DNA of 64,000 nucleotides from an uncultured Planctomycetota bacterium (GCA_963823665.1 CAWGMQ010000003.1:736001-800000), one strand, 5' to 3'. Counted from the stretch's first letter, positions 21,568 to 31,846 are shown. The notes: a model not told the origin generated them from the sequence alone. Made by a program: numbers and translations.

Positions 21568-21682
21568 CGGGAGGGCGAAGCTCGGCCCGGGAGGGCGAAG
21601 CTCCTGCTGAGCCGCGCACAAGCGACGGCCTCCCTCGATCCGACGCTCAGCGTCGGAACGCACTCTTCGACGCTCTGCGTCG
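21568..21682. repeat. Cluster of REP-like palindromic elements
   Basis: GGGAGGGCGAAGCTC twice, then CCGACGCTCAGCGTCGG and GACGCTCTGCGTC hairpins; a related copy lies at 21960-22007. Confidence 0.6.
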
Positions 21683-21712
21683 TCGGCCCGTCTGGTCCAC
21701 CCCGCCGGGGGA

Positions 21713-21766
21713 AGTTCGTTTTGTATATTCGCCGCGCGTCCTTTCCCCATAAGGGTTAAGGGAACA
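21713..21766 (+). repeat. 54-bp perfect direct repeat, copy 1
   Basis: AGTTCGTTTTGTATATTCGCCGCGCGTCCTTTCCCCATAAGGGTTAAGGGAACA. Confidence 0.95.
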
Positions 21767-22064
21767 AACCCCTCCAGGCATTCCTCCCTCCGCGTGGGAA
21801 TGGTGCCGCCGCAGGCGGCGGAGGGGCGCGCAGGGCAGACCGCTCAGCCCAGCTTCCGCGCACGGTCAGTTTCCGTTCCGCCCGAAACCGAGCGTCCCCG
21901 TCGAGCTGGCTTCCGCCGAACTTCGCCCACTATCGCCCGTCGCTGCGCGAAGTATCCCCCTCGTTCCGGTGCTCCGCGTCGGAACGTCCCCCCGGCCGCT
22001 CCGCGGCGACCTCAACGTCGACACCCGCTTGTCCGCGCTGCGCCCTCGATCTCCTCGATCCCAC

Positions 22065-22118
22065 AGTTCGTTTTGTATATTCGCCGCGCGTCCTTTCCCC
22101 ATAAGGGTTAAGGGAACA
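22065..22118 (+). repeat. 54-bp perfect direct repeat, copy 2
   Basis: Identical to 21713-21766. Confidence 0.95.
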
Positions 22119-22343
22119 GCACGCTGCAGCTCCGCTCGTCGAAAGCGGCTCGGCAGACGTTAGCCCGTTGTTGCTCTTCCCTCCGCGGAAGTGCGACGTT
22201 CTCGGTAAGCCATTTGGCGACGACGACCTGACCCACGAGCACGTGCTCGCCGGCCTCGCCCACCGAGACGGCCGCCTGAGAGCGGGACGCTCGCTCTCTC
22301 AAGGTCGGAGAACGCAAAAAACAGTTTGCAAGGCCCCCGATTG

Positions 22344-22468
22344 TGCGCCACATGCGCCACAGCCTTGCGGCGATTGGAGTTAGGTGTGGCGCAGGAATAA
22401 TCGGGCGCGCACGGACTCAACAGAACGCCATGTCCTTCTGCGAGTTACGTGTGGCGCAGGAATAATCG
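22344..22468 (+). repeat. Two copies of a palindrome-flanked site ending in GGAATAATCG
   Basis: TGCGCCACA-GCCTTGCGGCGATTGGAGTTAGG-TGTGGCGCA-GGAATAATCG, then a partial copy GAGTTACG-TGTGGCGCA-GGAATAATCG. Confidence 0.8.
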
Positions 22469-22758
22469 TTACGCGCGCGTCGAGTGCGGGTTGCCTGACC
22501 CGGTACAGCTCCAAGCCGCCGTCCACCCACACGGAGCGGCTTGTATTGATTATTTGCCGCTCGTCCTGTTCCCGTAAGCGTTACGGGATCGATGTCACGC
22601 TGCACCGCGCTCCCGGCCCACCGGGCAAAACCCGACTCCTCGTCGATGGCGAGCGAAAGTCGCCAATATTCGGAACCGTCAATGTTTCGTTCGATCCATA
22701 CCCGTCCTGGTCTCCTCCTCGCCGCATCCCGCACCCACATCGGTGCACTGCCTTCAAA

Positions 22759-22911
22759 TCCATCGTCACCATCGCCACAGCGTCACGGCCTTGCAGGCAA
22801 AGGGTTTAAGTGTGACGCAAGCGTGACGCTGGAATAATCGGAACTGGAATGGCCGCGCGACGACGCGCTCTTTGCGGGTCGTGCTGGGAATGACGGCGAG
22901 CATTTGCGCGT
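22759..22911 (+). repeat. 153-bp direct repeat, copy 1 (left of the Rpn-like gene)
   Basis: Ungapped match to 24270-24422, 126/153 by hand count; contains CAGCGTCACG...CGTGACGCTG inverted arms. Confidence 0.9.
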
Positions 22912-22990
22912 TCGTCGGGCGCGGGTCTGACACCGCCCTCGCCCCATCCGAAGGTCTGTGTTCGGCGCGCGGCTGTCGACGCCGCCGCAG

Positions 22991-23015
22991 TGTCGACCTT
23001 CGCTCCGCGAAGGGA
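22991..23015. repeat. REP (CCTTCGCTCCGCGAAGG hairpin)
   Basis: Reverse complement of the unit at 59357. Confidence 0.7.
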
Positions 23016-23232
23016 CGCATTCGTCGGGCGCAATCTCCGACCCCGCCCTCGCCCCGTCCGAAGGTCTCCTTCCGTTCGCCCGCGCATCCCGCGCCGATTA
23101 ATCCAGAACAACGTCGACGATTAAAATCGTCGCACTGACAACCGGCAACCCGGTCTGCTTCCCCAGCGCATTCGCCTCACGAAGCTGGCCGTCGAGATGC
23201 TTCTTCCAAGCCCCTTTGCGGCTCACTCGGCC

Positions 23233-24096
23233 TCACGGCGCGAGTTGCTTACGGAACGAATTGAGTGATCGGGCGGTGGCCGCGTGCTTGATCAGTTCCT
23301 TCAAGCGCGATGCGTCATCGATCGCCTTGAGCGCAGTCTCGAGTACCGCGGCCTTGACGCCGAAACGCCCTACCAGGAACGTCATGAGGTCTTCGATTAC
23401 CGCTTCCCGCGTCGCCTCCCGCGTCCATTCTTCTTTCAACTCCTGAAGCACAGGTGATTCAATCATGGCCTTCCGTCCTCCCGGAATCTGGAGCAACTTG
23501 GGGTCATTATACCTCAAACCGGCAAGAACCTGTGTCACGGCCAGCATGTTTTCGAGTTCGCCGGGTGGTGCGTCCCGGTCAATGCGAGTGCGGCACTCGC
23601 GCACGATCGCCTCTGGTGACCGATCAAATTGTGCGAGTGGCACCCACGGTATCAAGCCGACATCACCCGCCGCTAGCAATTGCTCGCCCGGCACTTCCCA
23701 GAGCTTCACCGCCCTCCACGAGAGATCCCATTTGGTGAGACGCCCGTGGCTGTGCAGGGTCGCCGATTCGGCGGCCGCGGCCTTTCCGCGCGGACGCAAG
23801 AACAGAACCAAGACATCCGGGACAACCCCACGGTCCATATACACGAGCGCCGTGTCACCGACGACTTGTTCGGCCACGCGAGCTTCGGGGTAAGTCGCGA
23901 TCTCGAGAACCAACGGGTCAGGCTCAGCCCGTCCGCGATACTGCACCTCGATGAGGCCATCTGGAAGCCGTCGGGACTGGACAATCTCCGCCTGTATCGG
24001 CTTCCACGACTCGATTTCACGGATGCCGCCGAGGCGCAGTATCGAATCGCCATGATGCTGGATTAGCCACTTGCTGCTCTTGTCGTATTCGTGCAA
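23233..24096 (-). CDS. Rpn-like (PD-(D/E)xK) recombination-promoting nuclease / putative transposase family protein
   Basis: TTG start, HEYDKSSKWL, RLPDGL, LVLEIATYP, VKLWE, LIPWVPL, MIESPVLQE, LVGRFG tail. Confidence 0.8.
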   Translation of the reverse strand: MHEYDKSSKWLIQHHGDSILRLGGIREIESWKPIQAEIVQSRRLPDGLIEVQYRGRAEPDPLVLEIATYPEARVAEQVVGDTALVYMDRGVVPDVLVLFLRPRGKAAAAESATLHSHGRLTKWDLSWRAVKLWEVPGEQLLAAGDVGLIPWVPLAQFDRSPEAIVRECRTRIDRDAPPGELENMLAVTQVLAGLRYNDPKLLQIPGGRKAMIESPVLQELKEEWTREATREAVIEDLMTFLVGRFGVKAAVLETALKAIDDASRLKELIKHAATARSLNSFRKQLAP

Positions 24097-24269
24097 CGGT
24101 CGATCTCCGCTGAGGGCTGTTGTGCTCCGATGGCGGCCTTCTGTGCGGCTCATGCGGATCACCAGGCCGGACCGGCCGAGACGTCGACGCTGTTCCGAAA
24201 CGTCGTTCTGATTCTCATCGGCCCCCCCGGGGCCCGGGTTAATAGTCACGGGCTTCCAGCCCTTGGAAC

Positions 24270-24422
24270 TCCATCGTCACCATCGTCACAGCGTCACGGC
24301 CTTGCAGTCATTGGAGTTACGCGTGACGCACGCGTGACGCTGGAATAATCGGAACGGGATTGGCCGGGTTACGACGCGCTCTGCGCGGCTCGTATCGGAA
24401 CTGACGGAAAGCACCTGCGTGT
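24270..24422 (+). repeat. 153-bp direct repeat, copy 2 (right of the Rpn-like gene)
   Basis: Matches 22759-22911 at a constant offset of 1511 bp. Confidence 0.9.
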
Positions 24423-24540
24423 CCTGATGAAAATCACCGATCTGCCGGGCCTGCGGATGAGGCGAGTTCTGCCGGCGCCGCTCGCAAGCAAAGATCACAA
24501 CGCTGGGCATCCACCACGGCTCAAGCTGACATCGTTCCAT

Positions 24541-26030
24541 CTACTTGACCGACGGCCGTGCCGGCTCCGCAGCAGGAGTGAAAGCCTCAGCCGGAAAAAC
24601 CAGGTCGTCGAGCCGGCTCTTCCACTCCTCGGCTTTGTCTTTCTTGCCCCACTCGCGGTAGAGCCGGATGATCTGCTCGAGTGCCTTTCGCAGTTCAGGC
24701 TGTTTGTCGCGGGGGACGGCCTTTTCACACGCTTTCATCCCGTCGTATGCCGACTGCAGCAAGCGCTCGGCCTCGTCGTACTTTTTCTGCTCGAGCAGGC
24801 AGGAGCCGAGCTGGCTCTCGATGACAAAGCGATCCCAACGGTCGGGGGCCGTCTTGAGCAAGAACGCTCTGTAGTCGCGGAAGTAGGGCTCGGCCCGGGC
24901 ATATTCTTTCTTGAATAAGTAAAGCGATGCTAGAGAACCGTTCGCTTGCGCGGTGTACTGGTCGTCGGGTCCGTACCTCGACAGCGCGATGCGGGCAGTC
25001 TCCTTCAACACAGGTTCGAGTTTCACCAGGTCCCGTTTCGACGAATATACGATGGTCAAACCGGCCAGCGCGAGCACCGTGGTTTCGTGATTGCGATCGA
25101 GCGCGGCGCGGCCTCCTTCGAGCGCCTCCACGAATAGGGGCTCGGCCTCGTCGAGCCGGCCTTCGCACCGATAGTAGTCCGCCAGGACGGCCATCGAGAA
25201 CAGCGTCCCCGGGTGCTTCTCGCCCAGGAACTTCCGTCTTGCCTTCAACACTTCCTTTCGAAGCCGCTCGACTTCGGACTTCTTGCCGAGTGAATTGTAG
25301 ACCAGCGCCAGGTTACTCATCGCCGTCAACGTGCTCGGATGCTGAGCCCCAACCCGCTTTGGAGATTCTTTGATGGCGTCGACTAACAGCCGCTCAGCCA
25401 GGTCGAACTTATTCTGTGCCTCGTAGACCATCGCCAGCGTGTTTGCCACGTCGAGCGTCTCGGGGTCCGCGGCATCCTTCGTCCGGAGATATGCATCGCG
25501 GAGCGGGAGGAGGAGCCTCTCGGCTTCGACCATTCTCTCTTGAGTGTAGTACAGTTGTGCCACGCTATGGGTTGCGGCGAGGGTACGGGGATCGTCGGCG
25601 CCGAGCGCTGCGCGGAGCCCATTCATCGCTCGGACCAGTAACGGCTCGGATTCGGACAGTCTACCGTCGTCCCGATAGACGGTCCCAATCGCTATCAGAG
25701 TTTCCAGGGTGTCGGGGTGGTCCTGGCCGAGCTCGCGGCTGCGGAGAGCTCGAGCGCGTTCCAGGTGCTCGAGCGCCTTCGGGTAGAGTCCGAGACGGAA
25801 ATATGCCTCGCCGATCGTTTCGCGAACCGATGCTTCGACGATTGGCCGATCGGCCAATCGCTCGCCGATCTTGGCGGCCGCCCGGTCCAGCGCTTCCCTG
25901 ACCTTGAGTTCGGGATCGGGCGCGATACCCGGGCCAGCCTGGATGTCGGCGCCGGCCTGGGCGAGGACGTCCTTGTTGAGGAACTCTTCGACCGCCTTGG
26001 CGATTTCAGCTTTTGATTCGGCTCGGCGTT
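24541..26030 (-). pseudogene. TPR array typical of the C-terminal half of planctomycete Ser/Thr kinases, N-terminus missing
   Basis: LGxDHPxTL-type TPR repeats and ALDRAAAKIGERL linker; no kinase motifs upstream; start undefined. Confidence 0.7.
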
Positions 26031-26232
26031 CTGGAGGACATCGACCGCGCCCAGCAAACGCGCGGAGTGACACGCGATCGATGAACAGCCGACACAACCA
26101 CACCCGGGCGGTCCGGTGCACCTCGGATCTGCTAACCGAATAAGGTCAGTCGCAGTTTGCCGGTTTTCCTCCCAGCCACCTGGCCTGGCTTTACCTGTGG
26201 CTGCATCCCACAGCCGAAGCACATCGAGCCGC

Positions 26233-27105
26233 TCACGTGCCGCTGAACGTCACACCATTTCCCGACTGGAATCGTATGGTCGGCTGGAACGCTCCCGCCG
26301 GCGCATTACTGAAAGACGTTATCGCGTTTGCGTTACTTTTGCCGGCCTGCGTTCCGAGAGATCCGAAGGCTTGCTCCAGACTCGCGCCAACGCCATTGAT
26401 GGTCGTGCTGATTGGGCTGCCGGCTTGCGTGTACGCGTTGCTGAAGACCTGCGCGGCAATCGTGCCGATTGAGGTGCTGGCTGGTGTGGTGGTGGTCGCT
26501 GCGGTCGTTGTCGAAGACGAGCTCGTCGTACTGCCGAGCTTGCTGGGCGAGGCGCTTACACTGCTGACTCCGCTGCTCGCAACGATGGTCTGAGATTGAA
26601 TCACCGACGCCGAGGAGTTGCCGGATCCTGTCAGGCCGGTGCGAGCGTTCGGAAAGTTGTTCTCGATGGCGCCTGCCGGCACGCCGGGGAGAGATCCGGA
26701 AGCCGCCGACGAATTGGAATTGAACGAGGCAACCAACTTGTCGACGCCATTCTTCAACGAACTGGTATGCGTTGTCTTTCCGCTCGAGGAGCTCGTGTTC
26801 GACGTCACGCTCACGTGCTGGACCTGAACTTGTGCGCGGCTGCCCGCTCTGGCGATCACACTATGCAGGTAATCAAGCCGGGTCGTTACATAGGACTTGA
26901 GATGTTTCGTATGGACCTTCTGTCCGCGGTCGACGCGCTCAAGCTCATGTTCGAACTTCCCAACGTGGGCAGCTCCGAACGGACTGGCGGTCGGCGACGG
27001 AGTGGCCGGCAATGCGGCGACGGCGCTCAAGACGAGACGATCGTCGAGCATCTCAACCGGACTGACAAATCCGCGCCTCTTGGATCGAGCTTCGCGCCGG
27101 TTCAT
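26233..27105 (-). CDS. Ser/Thr-rich exported protein with a planctomycete LEPR-XLL-like motif
   Basis: MNRREARSKRRGFVSPVEMLDDRLVLS, then low-complexity S/T/A sequence; GGAAGAGGG upstream. Confidence 0.7.
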   Translation of the reverse strand: MNRREARSKRRGFVSPVEMLDDRLVLSAVAALPATPSPTASPFGAAHVGKFEHELERVDRGQKVHTKHLKSYVTTRLDYLHSVIARAGSRAQVQVQHVSVTSNTSSSSGKTTHTSSLKNGVDKLVASFNSNSSAASGSLPGVPAGAIENNFPNARTGLTGSGNSSASVIQSQTIVASSGVSSVSASPSKLGSTTSSSSTTTAATTTTPASTSIGTIAAQVFSNAYTQAGSPISTTINGVGASLEQAFGSLGTQAGKSNANAITSFSNAPAGAFQPTIRFQSGNGVTFSGT

Positions 27106-27439
27106 GGTTGAACCCTCTTCCGTGAGTCTGTGTGCGATCGACATGTACAAAGCAGTCGGCCTGATGGGAATCAGGAGCTTCGCAGCGATACTATACACCA
27201 CGGCGTGCGCTGGTGCTGGCAGGCGAACACGGCGGCGATCAGAAATTCACCGGCATATTCCGCTTTTCTTGCGCGAATCGATGTGAAGATAATGGAGTTG
27301 GATCGTGTCGCACGGTTATGAGGGCAGCGCGCGTGGCGCTGTCCATGATTCTGTCGCTCAGATGCGTGCTGGCCAGAATTCGCGGGACAGTCCAGAGTCT
27401 CAGAGAGCCGCACGCGGGTCAGCCAACGAATCGTGGCGC

Positions 27440-28024
27440 ATGAACATAACAACGACAAACAGCCGACCTCGGCGAAAATACCTCCGTTTCAGCCTACGGT
27501 CACTGCTCGTCCTTATTCTCTTGATCGCCGGTTGGCTGGGCTGGATCGTCCACCGCGCCCGCGCCCAGCGCGATGCCGTGGCGGCGATTCTCAAGCTGCA
27601 AGGCACGGTCAAATACGACTGGGAGCGCAAGGACGGCCGCAACCTTCCAAATGGCAAACCCCGATGGCCTGGCTGGCTCGTGAACCTGTTCGGTATCGAT
27701 TACTTCGCGCATGTCACGCAGGTTCGCCTGGTCGCGGTTCATGAACTATCCGACGCCGAGCTGATCCACATCTCGAACCTGAGCGGGCTCGAAGAGCTTG
27801 ACTTGCACCGCTCGCCGGTGACCGACGCCCGGCTGGGTTATCTGGAGGGATTGACTCATCTTCAATCGTTGACTCTGTTTCACACGCCGATCGGTGACAC
27901 CGGTCTGGCCCATCTGAAGAGAATGCACCGGCTCCGAATGCTGTCGATCGAAAACACGAGCGTGACCGACTCGGGAGCACAGGAGCTTCAGAAGGCGCTG
28001 CCGATGGTTGCGATCAAGCGCTGA
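27440..28024 (+). CDS. Membrane-anchored leucine-rich repeat protein
   Basis: RFSLRSLL plus TM; LRR units LEELDLHRSPVTDARL and LQSLTLFHTPIGDTGL. Confidence 0.88.
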   Translation: MNITTTNSRPRRKYLRFSLRSLLVLILLIAGWLGWIVHRARAQRDAVAAILKLQGTVKYDWERKDGRNLPNGKPRWPGWLVNLFGIDYFAHVTQVRLVAVHELSDAELIHISNLSGLEELDLHRSPVTDARLGYLEGLTHLQSLTLFHTPIGDTGLAHLKRMHRLRMLSIENTSVTDSGAQELQKALPMVAIKR

Positions 28025-28070
28025 ATAGGGCGGGCCGCTCCGCGATGAGAAAGCCGGGAGAACATGACGC

Positions 28071-28892
28071 ATGCGACTGACTCGGCCACGATTCACGACT
28101 CGCTCCCTGATGCTGGTTGTTGGAATCTGCGCCTTGATAGTCATCATCTGGCTCATTCCAATCGGCTATCGCTGGGCGTGGACGTGGATGGTGATCCGCG
28201 ACGTGAATCGCGGGCAGTCCACACGATATTCGGCGATCGGATTCGCGAGCGCGGGCCCGCACGCCTTCCAGGCCCTCCGCGTTGCACTCAAAAGCGATCA
28301 AGCCAAAACGCGCATGGCCGCGGCCCAATCGCTCGGTGTGATCGGGGAAGACGCGAAGGATGCGGTGCCGGATCTGCTCGAAGTCGTACTGCACGATCCG
28401 GACAAGCTCGTCAGGATCTACGCCGCTGCGAGCCTGGGACAGATCGGCCCCGGGGCGAGAGAGGCGGTTGAGCCTCTGATCAAGCTCCTTCAGACGGAGC
28501 GAGATCCTCAAGTGGTTGCCACGGTCATCCAGACCTTTCACGAGCTAGGTCCTGTCGCCAAGACCGCGCTTCCGGTCCTCGCAACGATGGCGAAGGATCC
28601 CGAGTGCCACTCGCGAATGATGGCAGCCTGGGCGATGTGCCGCATCGGGCCGGAAGGCCGCGCGGAAGCCGCGGCGCTGGTACCGCAATTGATTGTGCAG
28701 CTCACAGATCAGAACCCGAACAGCCGAAAGTTCGCTGCCGACGTGCTCGCTGAGATCGGGCCGGCAGCCGAAGGCGCCGTGCCAGCTCTCTCGGCTGCGA
28801 CCGAGGATCAAGATGGAGCCGTCCGGAAAGCTGCCGGCAAGGCGCTGGCGGCGATCAAACGAAATCCGGCGAGCTCGGATACTCGAGACTGA
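28071..28892 (+). CDS. Membrane-anchored HEAT-repeat protein
   Basis: RFTTRSLM plus TM; repeats of AAxxLGxIGPxAxxAVPxL. Confidence 0.88.
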   Translation: MRLTRPRFTTRSLMLVVGICALIVIIWLIPIGYRWAWTWMVIRDVNRGQSTRYSAIGFASAGPHAFQALRVALKSDQAKTRMAAAQSLGVIGEDAKDAVPDLLEVVLHDPDKLVRIYAAASLGQIGPGAREAVEPLIKLLQTERDPQVVATVIQTFHELGPVAKTALPVLATMAKDPECHSRMMAAWAMCRIGPEGRAEAAALVPQLIVQLTDQNPNSRKFAADVLAEIGPAAEGAVPALSAATEDQDGAVRKAAGKALAAIKRNPASSDTRD

Positions 28893-29617
28893 TAAGGGAA
28901 CCGCTCGTTAGAGTAAGTCGTTGGAGATTCTTGCCGCGGCGGGATCGGAGATGTGCGACAACACTCTGCTCAATGTACGCCTCAGGGATGATACGGGAAC
29001 AAGACATCTCATGCGGGCACCGGAGCCCCGGCCGTTCCGGGTTGACGGGGAAGAGGGAACGATCCAGGGCCGGCGTATTCCGCCCTTTCGAGCTGGTGAT
29101 ACCCGTTACTTCGAGGTAGGGAACCCGTGCTGCGGCTGTGGGGCGTGGGAACACACCTCACGGGCGGGGGATGGGTTCAGGGGGCGGTTCTTGCCTATCG
29201 GCTTCATCCGCCATTTACCAATCGTGATACCCAAGATTGACCCCGTGACTGCTCCGATCAGGGCCGAAACAGTGAAGTAGAGGTTTCCCAGTCCCCGCGT
29301 AAATCGGATCTCAACATCGTAGCTCTGTTCGCCACGATAGACCGCCCATGCGTTCCCGAAGTAGGCCTGTAGTTCGAACTAAGTGGGAACATCGGAGGAT
29401 AGGTCGAGCTTCTTCAGCGACCGAAATCGTTGCACATCGGAAAGTGACCAGGATCATGAAGAGCAGCGTTTTGAGACAGGGGACGTTCAGGACGAGCGGC
29501 CGGTTCAAGACCTGGAATGGATCTAGTTCCAAACTTTGCAGCCCTCTAATCCATCGCAGGAATGCATATTAGCTGGTGCACGAACCTCTCAAAGATTCAG
29601 ACGGAAAGACGTGCGTC

Positions 29618-30000
29618 GTGACGAACTCCGAATGGCTCGCCTCCGACGACGACCTAGCGATGCTGGAAGCCGTGCGACCTCACGCCAGCGAGCGACAGTT
29701 GCGGCTCATCGCCGTTGCTTGCTGCCGACATCTCCGGTTGATCTTGAACGACAGCGTCACTGCCGGGGCGATCGACGAGGCGATCGGGGCAGCGGAACGG
29801 TATGCCGATGGCTCAGGAACGAAGGCATCATTGAAAAGGGCAAGGCAGACCGTGCGTGCTGTCCGGCATAGCATGTCGGTCGTTGTAGGCGTTGCATCAC
29901 CAGGCTGGAATGCCCGCACGCTCAATCGACGAGCATCGGTCATTCGAGCGGATGGCGATGCTGGCTGAAGCTCTCGAAGCGGCGGGCTGCGATGATCGTG
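29618..30000 (+). pseudogene. Internally deleted member of the planctomycete xEWL...RxLRLxAVACCR family (often annotated SMI1/KNR4-like)
   Basis: N-terminal VTNSEWLA...ERQLRLIAVACCR, and family C-terminus FERMAMLAEALEAAGCDD in another frame. Confidence 0.65.
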
Positions 30001-30586
30001 ATGTTTGGGATGGTCAACGGAATCGGAGAACTCGTCCGGGGAGGGAAGCGATTCGAGCACCTAGACGAGTCTGGCGGTGTTGTCAACGGATTCAACGTGG
30101 CGTTTCGCAAAGTCGAGACGCCTCACTATGTGGAGTTCGTCGGATGCGCCATGTGGTTCTACGGGGGCGACAACTTTCCGATTCTTCAAGTTGTCTGGCC
30201 GGATTCCCAACATCGCTACCCGTGGCACTCCGACTAGCTTGCCGACTTGCGAGAGCGTCAACCGGTCTTGAGCGACGACGGCTCCTGGCCGTTCCACGAG
30301 GGGAGAAAGCGGGCGTGCTTCACGACCAGGCGAGTTCTTGATGGAATGCCGATCCTGCTCGTGAGCCATGACCAGGATGGCGACTGGCAGTTCTTGTGCG
30401 GGACGACGAACGAGAACCAAGGACGGTGCTTTGGTCAGCCTCGGCGGCCTGCTTACTCAGGACGGGACGCTCAGCGGGGTCACAGATCTGCCCGGGGGCT
30501 GGAGGGCGACACGTCAGAAGATCGGTGAGGCATGGGTGCGGTCGAGGATCGAGGAGGCAGGCGATGCCCAAGAGCAGGAAGACTAG
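30001..30586 (+). pseudogene. 5'-truncated DUF4262-like plus DUF2185-like protein with in-frame TAG (30235) and a frameshift
   Basis: LQVVWPDSQHRYPW, then in frame VSHDQDGDWQFLCG and DLPGGWRA. Confidence 0.65.
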
Positions 30587-30764
30587 CGAGGAAGACCGCT
30601 ACCGACTGTGGTGGGAGAAATCGTTCAAGGAACGAGAGGAGCTGTTACGGGAGCGGTTCGGGCAGACCGACCCCCCTGGGTACGTGAATTCTTTCTCCTG
30701 GGACGCTCCCGAGCTAATCATCCCTGGAGGAAAGCGAGTTGGATCGGGAGACAGTGACGGCTGA
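30564..30764 (+). pseudogene. N-terminal gene fragment, possibly SUFU-like
   Basis: GAGGAGG RBS and MPKSRK...REELLRERFG...FSWD...IPGG, followed by an abrupt end. Confidence 0.35.
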
Positions 30765-30989
30765 TCCTCGATGGGCGGTCGAGTGGGATGAGATTCGTGC
30801 CCTCGCGGACGACGAAGTTCTTCGTCTCCTGGAGGCAGATCGTTAATCCGACCTTCGTGCTTGGCTCTCACCGCACAAACCTGAGCGACCAAGCTCTCGA
30901 TGACAGATTTGGAGGCTGGGATGGAATGCCAAAGCCTTGAAGAGTTGCGTCGAATTCTCATCGAGGGTCAACGCAGGTCGACGCAGGGC

Positions 30990-31766
30990 TTATGGCTCGT
31001 CAGGTCCTTTTCCCCTCGCATGAGCGATCACGAAATCGACAAGTTCCTGGCACTGGAACCAGCCCGACCACATACTGTGCCCTTGCCCCTTCATGACGGT
31101 GAGCGTCATCTCACCTCCGAACTGCCGGTAACGCCGAGCCAACTCGGCGGAGTTCGTTTCAAGAGGCACAACGGTGTCAACGTCCCCGTGAATATGGAGC
31201 ACGGGAACACCGGCTTTCGCCAGAGGCTCAACACGATCCACCGGGTTATGGTGGGCGATGACACCCTGGAACATCCACTTCTCCTCCGGTCCCGGCAAAC
31301 CCGGAAGCGTGAGTGCATACCAAACCCACGGCATCGCCTCGGTTTCCTTCTTGTCTTTCGGAAGAATAAGGAATGCCGTATGGCCAACCACACGGAGAAC
31401 CTCCCCCGGAACAGGCAAACTCTTACCTTGATTTGACTGTGGAAAGAAGCCCCTCAAGAAGCTCGCCAGCGACCCATCGTAGACCGCTTCGGCGAGGAAC
31501 TCCGTTCCCTGCTGGTTGCCCCAGCTATAGGTGATGATCGTCTTGCCTCGGAACTCGCACAGGTCCACGTCCGAGTTGTTCAGGTCCACCGCTCGGGTGA
31601 TCTTCGCCCGCTGGTCGGCGGTCAGCTTCGGGTTGGCGATCAGCTTGTCTTCCGGTGACGCTTTCAAGACAGGGTTGAGCGGGCTCGATTCCCAGCGGAT
31701 CAGGTCTCGGGACCGAAAGAGGTGGGTTTCAGTCATGTTGACCGTGCAGAGCAGACCACCGACCAC
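30990..31766 (-). pseudogene. Fragment: beta-propeller tail fused to an internally deleted alpha/beta hydrolase
   Basis: NNSDVDLCEF, PWVWYA and VLHIHGDVDTVVP...GQGH are present, but the nucleophile region is missing. Confidence 0.6.
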
Positions 31767-31846
31767 GATACGACGACCGATGGTGGGCCGGAGAGAGACG
31801 GCGTGAGCAGCTCATGCCGGAGGACGGTCAACCGGAGGCGAGCATC

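Noticed and set aside
21403..22102. Two minus-strand ORFs both starting MGKGRAANIQNEL
   Set aside because: The shared start is just the 54-bp DNA repeat; the rest is unrelated, REP-derived sequence.
21713..22468. Possible CRISPR array
   Set aside because: Only two copies of each repeat, irregular spacing, and no cas genes in the window.
22759..24422. Diversity-generating retroelement TR/VR pair
   Set aside because: Mismatches are not confined to adenines, neither copy lies in a gene 3' end, and there is no reverse transcriptase.
30235..30237. In-frame TAG as pyrrolysine or readthrough
   Set aside because: The gene is also 5'-truncated and frameshifted, other genes here end in TAG, and no pyl genes are seen. 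Decay or sequencing error is simpler.
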